Assembly (NCBI GenBank): GCA_973895155.1
Contig: OZ316891.1
Span: 15,221,037-15,285,036, forward strand
DNA: 64,000 bases
Source of the DNA: Marsupella aquatica
Lineage: Eukaryota > Plantae > Marchantiophyta
Reading direction: 5' to 3'
Position 1 is the stretch's first letter. Each line of letters starts with the position of its first letter. Below the pieces are notes generated by a model. The model saw nothing but the letters and a program-made list of their open reading frames with translations, did no database searches and was not told the DNA's origin. Made by a program: the position numbers and the translations under genes. Of this stretch, positions 51,172-64,000 are shown in pieces.

Positions 51172-54100
51172 GGCTACAGGGCCACTTTTGACTTGACTGG
51201 GTCTCAGAATCGAGTGACGACGGACAAGGTTCCAGAGCTCAGGCTGCTCAGGATGTCCAGGAGTCAAAATATTAGATGTACGATTTGGATTCTGACTATT
51301 CTGTCTTTCGAGAATTATTCCGGTTAGACCAATCGATATACAGGGTCATCTACATACCAGCCGAGGGAATTAAATTGAACGAAACTTGGAGATGGAGGTT
51401 CTAGGAATCCTTTTGAAGAAAGAGAGCCTGCTCCATGAAGAAAATGTCGACACCTTAGACAAACGTCGAGAAAGACATTGAATCATACCCTCAGCAAAGG
51501 CCATGGAGAAGTGCAAAGTTTAGACCTACAGAGGCCCACCGAATTGCCATGGAGAAAAATCTGCCACTGGACCAACGACAGGACAAATGTGGACAAAGAC
51601 ATCGAGTGATCTCTTCATGAAAGGGCAGTTCATGGAGAGGTGCAAACTTTGCAGCTCTAGTGCCACCGACGAGCACACGGATCAACCTCTACACTCATGC
51701 GGCAACATCACACCTTTTCAAACTATCATCCATCGTGCCTTTCCAGATCTGAAAGACATTGAATCGCCAGGTATGGTACTTTTTGGCCAATGAAATCCAA
51801 ATTGTCCCGTAGGATTGCAACCTTGGTAACTTCTGCAACATGTTGACAGTGTAGAGAGAATGTTCCTCAAATCAGGAAGGAAAAAACACAAGTCGCCATG
51901 TCAATGTCAACTTCTGCAACGTGATGACAGTGAGAGAGAATGTGCCTCAAATCAGGAAGCTAGAAGCCATGTTAATGAAATCTTTCAGGAACATGTTTAA
52001 TGTTCTTATCCTGAATGACTGATTGTCTGAATTACCAATCCAGTGTTTAACATCGAATCGGTTTCACACTGACCCCGCCTCCTCCACAAACTTTATGTCC
52101 TTTTCCTTGTTTTATTTTTCCATCGACAACAGAAAGAAGAAGATCCACTACCTGAAATGATATCTTTGGAGCTTGCACACAATACGGCCCTTTGTTTCTT
52201 TTTCCCTGGGAAACCCAAAGAACATCTGAGATCATCTTTGGAGCATGCAACACCGAAGCCCCCTTTTTTTTCCCTTGAAAACCGAAAGAAAATCAGCCCA
52301 TAGGAGATGATCAGCTCTGGATCACGCACCATTGTAGGGTAGCCCGTGAGGGTGGACATACTCGGGGATCAACTGTAGGGTAGCACATGATAGGGAGTCG
52401 ATCTAACAAAGGACCCCACCAGGAGGGAGAGAGGGTTACATTAGGGTTCCAGAGTGCCCAACAAGGGGCCAAGGAGACAACCAGTTCTCCCCACTGACAC
52501 CTCACCCAACTTGCAGGCATATACACCCTCCACTGACTTCCTTTACATCCTGATGTGTAAAGCTAGCCTTGTGGAGTGGGGTTGGTCACACTCCTCATAT
52601 TGTGGTCCTTGCTTTCCGTGTCTCCTCAATTGGATGTTGTAAGGGTTTGGACATCCTAGCATGTAAAGCTTCCCCCCTGCAATGGGGGGGTTGCCTCCCA
52701 CTCCAACTCATGTTGTACTCACATAAGACTAAGGACCCCAGTACAAATGATGCCTGGCTATGTCAGCTCTTGCAACTTCCTCATGTGAACAGAATACGAG
52801 TTCCCTTCTGTAGACAACATAGGACTAATTGGAATGATGCCTGGCTTTGTGGAGGTCTTGCAACTTCCTCATGTGAATAGAATCTGGGTTCCCTTCTATA
52901 GGCAAGCCACCTAAATTGTTCAGAATGAGTATTTCTCAATTGTTATTATCCAAGTTTTGGTTTGTGCTATGAAAGCCATTCTTTGTGTTTGTGAAATTGG
53001 ATGTAAACCACTAACAAGTTATTACTTCTTATTTTTTGCTTTTTATCCTTGTTTTGAGTAACCCCTTCACATTAAACTTATTCCCAGTCTGAGATTGACA
53101 CAAAAGGGAACACACAATGCCCCCATAACCCTTAGCCCCTAAACCCTAAACCCCCCAAACTACCCAATATTTACTAACGTGTCCCCCCAAACAAAATGAT
53201 TTATCAATCCGCGCCCCATTTGTATTTGGGTAAGTATTAACTCGTATCTGGGTTCCAGTTGCCATGTGGCAAGTTGCTACTAGTTAACTCACCGCGACCC
53301 CTTTGGCCTCTAAACCCTAACAAATGCTTAACAAACGTGAAAACTAATTATGGGCAAATTAAAGCTTAACTCAGCCTAAATTTACAACCTCAAATTCTTT
53401 GTCCCTCCTTTCCCACCCGGACCTCCTACCCATTTCCCCTCTCCCAAATCCAACTCAATTGTTTCTCTTAATTACCCTTCAATCTTTTTCATCTGATTTG
53501 TTTGACGAGGGTAATAGAACATTTGTGGGAAATTCTTGTTCTTCAAATTTGTTTTTAGCACGTAGGTCCTCAAAGGTAGGCATCAACATAAAAAGTTCAG
53601 CCCAAACAGACTGAGACGACAAAAGGCTAATTTGTTTTATGGATCATACAATGTTGACATTAATCAGTACCACAAAAACACAAAAGAACAAGCGACTAAC
53701 TTAACGTTCTATCGGTTTAAAGTGCACACTGTCATTGTTAATTACCAACATCTGATCTCATCTGTCAATCAACATGGACCTTTTCTTGAGACAATTGGGG
53801 CATGGTCCTCTTTGCTAGTCACTGATCAATTGAATATGTAGATCAATCAGATCTAACTTATGGTTTATAAGTTAATGAATTAAATTGAAGAAAATAGTTA
53901 TTATAATTCAAAAAGCAAATAAATGGTTATACTTGGTTACTATTTTGTACCGCTATTTGTAGGTGGGCATAGTAATTGTCATTTTCCCCAAATTTTAGTG
54001 TCTAATCATTTTTTCTGGCATCAAGGCAAACACCAATTGTGGTATTGTTTGTTACTGCAAGTACCATTGTTCATGTTTGTGGTGGAAATTGATGATGTGG

Positions 54101-54589
54101 CCCAATGAGGAGCCAGGAATTTTGCAAGGACTTGTTAAGGGGGTCCCGTAAGTACCCTATGAGAAAATGCTTTAAACCCTGCACCTTTTATACTCCCAAA
54201 ACCCAAGCACACCACTCTAACATCCTGGAAGCTCTTTGGAGGTTGTAACATTAAAGATATTTATTTGCATATCTGCCTTTGGCTTTGCCATTAATTTTCA
54301 CTTCCACAAACAGGTAGCAATAATTTTAATTGTCAGTACATCACCAAGAGCTCACTTAAACATTCTTGAGAGCAGCCAGGACTGACCATTCAAAAAATTC
54401 ACTATTTGTCTCTTCGTCTCCAATTCTTTTTTAAACCTCTTTTTCTGATTGGTCAAGTGAAGTAAGTCTTGAATTTCTATTCTCACATAGACTAATTCAC
54501 TTTCTAGGTTTTTAAATTTCACATAGACTAATTTTCTTTCTTTGTTCTTTCAAGACTGGCAAGACATTACACTCTCAAGAGTCCTTCCT

Positions 54590-55060
54590 TGCCTCCCCTT
54601 TTGCTTCCCTCTTTCTTGGGCACAGAAAGCACTATTATTTGAAAGATGACCACTATAAAAAGTGGTTGGATTTTTTGTTACATATGTCAACTAGCCAGAT
54701 GCATATGCATTTGCACAAAAGATGTTAAGTTGAGAAAAGATGTGAGTGTGAGGAAAAGATGTCGAGATGAAAACAGATGTTGAGATGAGGAAAATAAGTA
54801 GAGGTGAGAAAAAGATATCAAGATGAGGAAAAATGGCGAGATGAGAAAAAATAAGATGTCAAGGTGAGAAAAGCTGTTGCGATGAGTAAAAGATAGCCAA
54901 GTGAGAAAAAATATTGAGGAAAGAAAAAGATGTCAAGGATTGAAAATATGTCAAGTGTGAGATAAAAATGTAGTGCAAGAGAAAGATGTCAAGGCAAGGT
55001 AAATATGTAAAGGAAAGATAATTAGGTCAAGATTAAAAAAAGATGTCAAGACAAGAGATG
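54590..55060. repeat. Degenerate AAGATGTCAAGGTGA array with flank similar to 17170-17360
   Basis: TTGCCTCCC.TTTTGCTTCCC and TAAAAAGTGG are shared with the 17.2-17.3 kb region. Confidence 0.65.
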
Positions 55061-55353
55061 TATAAGTTTTGCAAATAAATGTAGTTGTTGAGACATAGTT
55101 ATGAGGGATCCCAAGCATACACTTGTTTATGTTCATGTTCAATAACTTGATGCACATAGAAATTGGAGTTGTGAGATAATTACCATCACATCATAAAGTC
55201 CAAGCACAACCAAGTGACAGGCTAGGTGATAGGGAACAAATTCTGTTATTTTAATTTTTTAATTTTTTGAGAAATAATTATGTTACATATTTTATTATAT
55301 TGAATTTTTTTCAAGTTTTTCAAACTTGAACTATATTATAGTCCACCCAAAAC

Positions 55354-55697
55354 TGTTGAGCATAGACGACATTCGCAACGGCAAGCCCATGAACCATCCA
55401 ACGCACAATAGTTGACACAGAGAGATACGTGGTTCACCTCCACATGAGGCTACGTCCACGGGAACACACAAGAGCTTTACTGCACTCTAGGCCGACCGGC
55501 CATACTAAGCATCCACAGCACAAGCTCTCCCTATCTCTCAACTAGCTCGGTAACAATGAGCCTAAGTTCCACCAGGGTCTAGCATCAGCCCTGGCTATAT
55601 GCACAATAGCACTACCGCTAACATTAGCTAAGTCCTAACCCGAGTTAGACTAACTGTGGTTAGCTCATGAGTCACAAGACTAGAGCAATATCTAACA
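55354..55697 (-). repeat. Copia 3' LTR
   Basis: TGTTGAG...CTAACA, direct repeat of 61626-61969. Confidence 0.95.
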
Positions 55698-55904
55698 AAC
55701 TCCCCCTTGACTCTTGTCTTGGGGACTGGACTAAATGCTATCATATGGAATCCTCAGCGGGAAGTTCTTGACAATCACCAAACCAGGTCTCCCCCTAAAA
55801 ACCACAAGGGTTAACTAAGGGTTAACTAGAACTAAGCCGTAGCCTAATAGGAATGAGTAATCCATATACAAATAGTCACACATTGCTAAATAACTCTACT
55901 TGCA

Positions 55905-58900
55905 CTACAACTGCAAAACCTGCAAAGTAGCACGGTGTCTTGAGAAACTCTCCAAAGGAATCACTTTGGTAAAGGCATCAGCGGGATTGAGCTTTCCATC
56001 AATCTTGACTAGCTCAAAAGTTTTATCAGACACTGCTTGCCTGATAAAATGGTACCTGATATCAATGTGCTTCACCCTGCTATCCATTACCTGGTTAGCA
56101 GCCAAGTGAAGAGCACTCTGACTATCACAGTTTAGAGTCATTTTTCCATGCTCTAAACCCATCTCCGCGATCAACTTATCCAACCAAATTGCTTCCTTTG
56201 CTGCTTTTGTTGTTGCAACATACTCTGCTTCTGTAGTAGACTGAGATATACACTTCTGCAAGGTAGATTTCCAACTGATACATCCTCCTCCAAGAGTGTA
56301 TACAAACCCAGTTGTAGACCTCTTTGTATCCAGACAGCCTCCATAGTCAGAATCTACATAGCCAACTAACGTTCTATCTGATCTGTTATCAAATAGTAAT
56401 CCATAGTCCTCTGTTCCCTTCAGATACCTGAGAGTCCACTTCACAGCTTCCCAATGTACCTTCCCTGGATTTGACATGAATCTGCTAACCTTGCCCATCG
56501 TTAGGGCCAAGTCAGGCCTAGTACAAGTCATCAAATACATCAGATTGCCTACTGCCTTCTCATAAGGAATCTTAGCCATCAGACCTTTTTCCACAACATC
56601 CGTAGGAGAGAAAGCCGATGATAACTTGAAATGTGAAGCTAAAGGAATACTCACTGGCTTACAGTTTTCCATGTTGAATCGTGCAAGTACTTTCCTCGCA
56701 TACTGGCCTTGACTCAAGCACAACTATCCAGTCTCAAAGTTCCTAAAAATCTCCATCCCTAAGATCCTCTTGGCCTTACCAAGATCCTTCATCCTGAATT
56801 CAGCACTCAATTTTGCCTTGAGACTGTCAACCTCAGATTGATCTTTAGCCACAATCAGCATGTCATCCACATAGATCACCAGAATGATGAAACCAAATAC
56901 ATCATTCTTGACTGATTTCGTATACACACAAGGATCATACACCATCCTTGTAAAACCTTGAGCAAGCATGAAATCATCAAACCGCTTGTTCCACTGTCTG
57001 GGAGACTGCTTCAATCCATACAAGGACTTGAGCAATCTGCAAACTAGGTTCTCTTGGCCCTTCTTCATAAAGCCTAGTGGCTGTCTCATGAAGATCATCT
57101 ATTCCAAGTTGCCATAGAGAAAAGCAGTAACAACATCCATCTGATCCATCACCAGATTAAAAAACACAACAAGCTGACACAAGATCCGAATTGTGGAATA
57201 CTTAGCCACCGGTGAAAAGACCTCATTGTAATCCACTCCTTTATCCTGAGTGAATCCCTTGGCAACAAGCCTTGCCTTGTAGATCTTATCTCCAACCTCT
57301 GAAGGACTGTCCTTCAACTTGTAAATCCACTTGCTGTCTACCACTTGCTGACCTCTTGGAAGCTCCACCAGCTCCCATGTCTTGTTGTCACTCAAAGATT
57401 GCAACTCCCTCTACATTGCTGCATTCCACTCATGCTTTTGCTCTGAAGCACAAGCCTCACTGTACGAAGAAGGCTCTCCTTCTTCCAAGATCAAAGCCAT
57501 GTCATCATCATCAGGTGCAATGTCAATATCATCTAGCTTAGATGAGTCTGCCCATTGACCATACCTGGTAGGAGCTCTAGTAGAATGACTGGAAGTTCTT
57601 CTAGTAGATGACTCAGGCTGATCTACTGCTGTTGCTGGTTGAATTTGAGGTACCCTAGCAACAATCTGCTCCTCTTGTTCCATCACAGGAACCAGCTCCA
57701 AGCCTGGAGCTTCTCCATCTCTCCTGTCATGAACAACATCATGACTAATCTCCCCCTCAACTGGGTCCGGGATGGAAGATTTCCCCTTGTCAGTATGGGA
57801 GTCCTGAGAACTCTCCCCCTCCTTTGATGATCTGGACTCATTAAAGGACACATCTCTACTGACAATTAGTTTACAGGTTACTGGATCCCATAACCTATAA
57901 CCCTTCACACTGTTCTGATAGCCAAGGAAAATGCACTTCTTCGACTTGGACTCCAGCTTGGATCGAAGCTGGGAAGGTGTAAGCACATAAGCATCACATC
58001 CAAAAATCCTCAGATGTGAATAATCTGCTGGACGCCCGTACCTCATTGCATATGGTGTCTTGAATCCAATAGAACTGGATGGAGAAAAATTTACCAATAA
58101 GCTGCAGTGTTAACAGCTTCAGCCCAAAACTCATGTGGTAAGCATGATTGACTCAACATACTCCTCGAGCGGTCCAACAGTGTTCGGTTGAGTCTCTCAG
58201 AAACACCATTCTGCTGAGAAGTATAACTTGTTGTGAGATGGTGGGTTATCCCCTGCTCCTTACAATACGTTCCAAATTCCCCAGAACTGTATTCACCGCC
58301 ATTATCCGATCGTAGATATCTCACCTTATTACCAGTCTGATTCTCAACTTGGGCTTTCCACTCCTTAAAAGTGGCAAAAACATCAGACTTACTGTGTAGA
58401 AAATATATCCACACATACCTTGAGTAATCGTCTATGAACGTGACATAATATAATCGTCCAGAATATGAGGGAGTAGGGGCTGGACCCCACACATCACTAT
58501 GTACATATTCAAGTACCTCCTTGCTGGTGTGAGTTCCAACTCCGAAGGGTTTCCTGTGCTGCTTCCCTAGCACACAGTGCTCACAAAATTCCAACTTACA
58601 AGATTGCAAATTAGAAAGTAATCCTTTCTTCTGAAGAATAACCAAACCTTTTTCACTCATGTGGCCCAAACGGAAGTGCCACAACCAGGCCGTCTCCTCA
58701 TGAGATAAGGTTACATTGGCTTCATCACAAACTACACAGCCCTCCAAAACGTATAGATTGTTATGTCTCTTTCCCTTCAATACAACTTTAGTACCAATTG
58801 AAACCTGAAGGACACCATTAGCAGAACTCCACTGATGGCCATTTGCTTCTAAAACTCCAAGTGAAATGAGATTTTTCATCATGCTGGGAATGTGTCTCAC

Positions 58901-59986
58901 ATTCCTCAACGTTCTTACAGCACCATCAAACATCTAAAATCTTAAAGATCCAAGTCCAACAACTTGACATGGGATTCCATTTCCCATTAACACTGACCCA
59001 TTGGAAACCGTGTAAGAACTGAAAAAATCTCTCCTAGAGCAAATGTGAAAAGTACATGCACTATCTAGAATCCAGTCATCACTCCCTGGATTTGACACTA
59101 CGTTGAGAGCATAACCTTGACATCACAATATGTCATCATCATCATTGAGTAAATCTACCTCTTGCGAGCTTGATGCTGCGTTAGCAGAGGTAGTAGGGAC
59201 CTTTACTCGACAATCCCTTTTCATGTGGCCTGGCTTGCCACAATTCCAACATGCAAGAGGCTTCCTCTCTTGCGATTTTCCTCTGGATTTAGATCTCCCC
59301 CGTGATGTAGATCTAAACCTGTTCTGTCCATTTGAGCGCTGCGCTGCTCTCCCACGGTTCACATTCAGCGCAGTGCCAGAAGAAGATGCTGTCTGTGATT
59401 GACCCAACTTCTTCTGAGCATCATCAGACAGTAAAGAGCTTACCACCTCATTATACGAAATGGACTTCAAATCTCTGTACAAGAGCACCTGTTTCAAGCC
59501 CTAATATGACGGCGGTAAGGAGCTTAGCAGAAGCAAGGCCTTATTCTCATCTTCAACTCCTTTTCCCAGGTTTGACAGATCCATCGCTAGACTGTCAAAC
59601 TCATCCAAGTGATCCTGCATCTTGCTCCCTTCCTTGAGCCTGAGGCTCATCAAGAGAGACTTCTTGTACAGCCGGTCTGATGCATCTTCCCGGTAGTACT
59701 TCTCTCTTAGAGCCTTGAACAGTGATGCGCAATCCACATAATCATCCAGTTGCTTGATGATGTGCGGCTTCAGATAAAGCATCACTGCATTAACAGCAAT
59801 CACCTGCTCCTGTCTCCACTGCTTTTCTGAGATCTCCTCCTCTCCATCATACTGCTCTCGCGAAGAGAGCAGTTGAGCTAAGCCCATGGCCCGAAGAACA
59901 CCCTTCACTTGCTTCTCTCACAGCAAGTAATTAGTACGACCATCGTACTTCTCCACCTCAAACTTTACTCCTCCGAATCTAGCCAT
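55905..59986 (-). pseudogene. Copia gag-pol polyprotein with several nonsense codons and at least one frameshift
   Basis: Start MARFGGVKFEVEKYDG; CWNCGKPGHMKRDC; WILDSACTFH; HSDVWGP, RSDNGGEY; YKARLVAKG, SLYGLKQSPRQW, YVDDML; CDSQSAL, KHIDIRYHF, NPADAFTK. Confidence 0.95.
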
Positions 59987-61625
59987 CTGCCTCTTCTTCC
60001 CAACTACCAACAGCTCTGGTAGTAGTACAGCTTCCTCCACTGCACGCCGCACCGGTGATCATACCGGTGTTACTTGTTCCTCCTCAAATGGTAGCAGCTC
60101 CTCTTCAGACTCTCCGTCTGACCATCGCGATCCTGAAGCTCCACCGATGCCAATTCTTCCAATATCCTCCGAGTCTCTCATATGAAATAATCACGAAAAA
60201 ACATATTTTTTCGAAACTTCTTATAAAACTCAAAACTCAACACCGCCGCGTACCCCACGAAGCTAGGAGTCCAATACTGAAAGCCGAAATCAAAATCAAA
60301 ATTCGACGGAAAAGTTATTCAAATTTCGGTCGGGGTGGGTAAAACCTTGGGAAACTCCCCCGTTTTGACCACCTCGGAGAATAACCAAAATACCAAGTAC
60401 AACCCGTCGTTGGAATCGCGATGTGATCGGTGCGCCGCGTTGCTAACTCCAGTGGCAACATCCTCACCCAAAAAGAACCAAAAAAGTTACCGTTCGGTGG
60501 ACAAAATCTTTGTCGGACGGCCAAAAAACAGCTCTCTATTTTTCTGGAATATTCCCGCACAGTCTGACAGGTCTCACAGGGGGCCGTTCCCCCTGTCGGA
60601 GCGGTTAAAACGGAGGGCGGCAGGTCCCGGCATAAGAGGAAAACCAAGAGGAAGCAAAAAAGGTTAAAAATAGGCCAAAAGGGGGCCCTTAAGTCACTTA
60701 AAGCCAAAAATACGCCATGTATATGTCCGGGGTCGCGCATACGGGGCCTGGAGTAGTAGTAAATCGCGAGGACGAGGGCGTACGCTGCCGTGTACGTGTA
60801 AAAAATCAAACCGGGGCCGAGGAGGAGTAGCGACGGCCGGCAGTCGCGAGGGCGACCGGCGTCGCACAGCAGGAAAAAGGGGGGGCAAAAAAATCGGGTA
60901 ACCAAAAAATTTGCCACTAAAAGTGAGAAAAAATCCCAGGTTACACACCTTAAACGCCGCATTTTTAAACAAGAAAAATGAATGCCGCCGACGGGAAAAA
61001 GTTGCCAAATTTCACCGGCACAGTCTACTGCTTCAGTAGAGAAATTAATTCCGCCGCGTCGCCTTCACTCCGCGTCAAGTACCAATCCCGGGCTCAAAAC
61101 GACCGCCTCACCAAGATCAAACCGTTTAGCCGTAGCACTTCGCGTTTCTTCCACCGAGTCGGGCGTCACAAAGAGAAACCCGATTCAGATGTGAACAAGC
61201 TCCATAGCTTGTGAAAAAACCTGAACGCCTCCTTCACTCGTCACGTTGCACTCGATAACAACTCGGGAGCAATCCAGCTACCGAAACGACCAGCTCGCTT
61301 CAACCTTCAACTTGAGCTATAATGTGCGATCCCTCCCGTACCGCACAGCTCACACCGTTGAAAAATGCAAACTCTGGTCTCTCCCCCGAAAACCCGTCGA
61401 ACACGAATAAAACCTGAATGACGCAAACTTCAATTCCTCCACACCACGGATACCGATCAGCGAGTTCTAACTACCGTTAGAAATCCCTCTCACTAACCTC
61501 TCCACTCAGCCACACACATTCGAGTTTCATGCGATGAAACTCCGAATGTACCAACGACAATGGACGCTGGAAAAAACCTGTCACGAAAAAACCTTGTCAC
61601 CTCCCAGGCATGCTCTGATACCACT

Positions 61626-61969
61626 TGTTGAGCATAGATGACATTCGCAACGGCAAGCCCATGAACCATCCAACGCACAATAGTCGACACAGAGAGATAC
61701 GTGGTTCACCTCCACATGAGGCTACGTCCACGGGAACACACAAAAGCTTTATTGCACTCTAGGCCGACCGGCCATACCAAGCATCCACAGCACAAGCTCT
61801 CCCTATCTCTCAACTAGCTCGGTAACAATGAGCCTAAGTTCCACCAGGGTCTAGCATCAGCCCTAGCTATATGCACAACAGCACTAACGCTAACATTAGC
61901 TAAGTCCTAACCCGAGTTAGACTAACTGTGGTTAGCTCATGAGTCACAAGACTAGAGCAATATCTAACA
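61626..61969 (-). repeat. Copia 5' LTR
   Basis: Adjacent to the Met-i PBS; direct repeat of 55354-55697. Confidence 0.95.
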
Positions 61970-63859
61970 AAAACAGCATGTCAGAATTTGAATGACCACC
62001 CCTGCATTTTTGGTGCAACAGTAAGGTATAGTTTTTGATACTTAGAAATTTCCAGAAATGCAGTCTATAAAAGTTTTTAAACAATTTCACAAACTAGACC
62101 TATTTTGTAAACTCATGACTTTTGTATGTGTTGGTGCTTGTTTTGAAGAACTATTTTACATGGATTTGGTTGCCAATCTTTTTCATGCAAATGTGTCCTT
62201 TTGTGTGTCTTTTGTTATGTCTTGCCACTTTTTGTCAAGGAAGAGTCGCCAATCATGCATGGTTATGCAAGTTGCGGATAGATTCTCTTCAAAACTTTTA
62301 GGAAAAATTGCACTAAACCAGTCACGCCCTTTGATGAGAGGTCTACTATCTTAGATTTTATTGCATGCTACAAAAACTTTCACTAATTATTTATTTATTG
62401 AGTAATACTCATAGTCTCTAGAGATTGGCAGGTCTAGTTGCAAAACCTTTCCAGTAATAGGCTCCATAATAGCCCAAGGCATAACAAAATGAAGCAGGCC
62501 TGGGATTATGAGTTACTTTGTTGTTGTGGTTCTTCAAAGTGAGCAGCATTACATAGATTTATTACTCCTGATGGCAGCCGATGTATTCTACACCAGATTA
62601 TAGACTAGGCCGGTGTTTGCGGGTTCTACACCAGATTATAGACTAGCCCGGTGTTTTTTTTATGTGCCGGCTTGCCCGCCTCCCAAGGGCATTGTGTAGT
62701 CTATTGCCTTTGCTTAGAGGCTCTTGTCCCCTTGCTTGGTGTTGATTGCCCCATATGTCCCTCCTTTTTCAAAAACTGAAAAGAAAACAAAAACAAAAAA
62801 ACGGCAGCTCTGGTTTAGTTGATTACACTTGTAATAGTAACCCGAGTTGTAACTGTGTCATTTGTCCGCTTGAGAAGGGGCATGGATTCTAGGTTTTCTA
62901 ACCCTAAAACTTTGACCTAATGGTTTATGCAATCCGGTCGATTTCTGTGACATACAATGTCGTGAGCGGCGTGCAGCCCGCAGGAGCGCCTCATGTAGGC
63001 TGGATCGCCCATCGTCCGTCTAGTCGTCCTTTCCATTTTCAACATAAGAATGCTGCTCTGCCCCGCCAGCGCCACACTCAGCGCAGTTCCTGTTTTGTTG
63101 TGCTCACTTTGAATTCGTCCCGGGCCTTTGTGTTCTCGTTATAGGTCACAATTCGATAGTCGTGTACTGCCTTCGAGTTGCTCTTGTTTTTGAAAGTGGA
63201 TGTAATGTTTGGAGGAACTGTCAGTTTGAGTCATCGCTGCCCAGCACTGCAACTTGTGGATCCAGTTGAATCTCTTCAGCAGGGATCATGGCTCTCTTTG
63301 GATTCAGTTGAACCTCTTCACCAGGGATTATGGCTCTCTTTCCCTTCCTGGTTCTCTTTGTATAATCGGGGGTTCGGTGACCTTGTGTCGACGTATTTCA
63401 TGAAACTGAACTAGCGACTCGGCGATAGTTTTGTAGCTCCTTTGTTACGGACTCGTCTTGCGTGTGCCTCACGTGAGTTTTATGCCCCAAGTTAAGGCAC
63501 CGAATGCTTGATGAAAGGAGAGCGTGTTGTAAGGTTTGTTCACTTCAGCTCTTGTGCAAGGCCGATGATTAAATAGCATTCTAAAAGAACACCATCTTTC
63601 GGGACGGAATAGCCCTCGGGCTTTGTCGATACGTGCTAATATGACGGCCTTCTACGAATTGTTGTCGATTCTCGGTAGTAATGTTATACAGAACTCACCT
63701 GGACAAAAAGCAGGGGCTTGTGACCTTCCATGAGCCGGTCCCTCGTCAGTTTCAGGGACACAAAACGCACCACCTAATGGGTGAGCTGTTGTGGGGCTTT
63801 GCCAATCGCAAATGGTTCAATCCGTGGTGCAACATCTCTTGATACAACTTTCTTGGAAT

Positions 63860-63997
63860 CTGTTTGTCTGCAGTATCCATCCATACTTCGAATCTGCATA
63901 CTTCGATACTGCATACTGTTTGTCTGCAGTATCCATGCATACTTCAAATCTGCATACTTCGATACTGCATACTGTTTGTCTGCAGTATCCATGCATA
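63860..63997. repeat. 56-bp tandem repeat, ~2.5 copies
   Basis: CTGTTTGTCTGCAGTATCCAT starts at 63860, 63916 and 63972. Confidence 0.85.
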
Positions 63998-64000
63998 GAA

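Larger units (their letters stand above)
55354..61969 (-). mobile_element. Full-length Ty1/copia LTR retrotransposon (Tnt1/Tork-like), decayed
   Basis: 344-bp TG..CA LTRs (55354-55697, 61626-61969; ~8 mismatches), 5-bp TSD AAAAC, Met-i PBS TGGTATCAGAGC (61612-61623), PPT AAGGGGGAG (~55700-55708). Domain order gag-PR-INT-RT-RH. Confidence 0.97.

Noticed and set aside
51280-52300. AACCG (DUO1-type MYB) sites upstream of the protamine-like genes
   Set aside because: The 5-mer is expected by chance and the TSS is unknown.
53130-53160. Telomeric AAACCCT repeats (also ~48149 and ~53312)
   Set aside because: Only 1-2 units each, consistent with chance or telo-box motifs rather than an interstitial telomere.
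60315-60962. 215-aa ORF in the copia leader, plus the many antisense ORFs over FAD2, protamine-like and pol genes
   Set aside because: No domain features; explained by GC content or shadow frames.
62560-62800. Possible LINE 3' end with A-rich tail
   Set aside because: No RT remnant or TSD identified.
63860-63997. Possible CRISPR-like array (also the AAAGATG arrays)
   Set aside because: Units are head-to-tail repeats without unique spacers, and the context is eukaryotic.

Overview
Repeat-rich eukaryotic nuclear DNA, most likely from a land plant with flagellated sperm such as a liverwort or other bryophyte. That host call is an inference from gene content. Host genes are an intronless FAD2-type omega-6/delta-12 fatty acid desaturase (10043-11188, -) and two diverged paralogous histone-H1-derived protamine-like genes (31664-32689 and 50152-51171, both -). 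Between the two protamine-like genes sits the most unusual object, a 10.36-kb Ty3/gypsy-type retroelement (36578-46938, -). Its polyprotein carries a DNMT3-like C5 cytosine methyltransferase between protease and RT, and a PHD finger after the DDE integrase. It lacks an ordinary LTR pair and instead has split direct repeats (B-internal-A-gc-B-A), with TG..CA ends, a 4-bp TSD, a palindromic A/B junction and a Tf1-like self-priming site in place of a tRNA PBS. The window also holds a full-length decayed Ty1/copia element (55354-61969), a related solo LTR, several MITE families with clear TIRs/TSDs, degenerate TE-like ORFs of unknown function and low-complexity repeat families. All alignments and mismatch counts were done by eye; no database searches were run.
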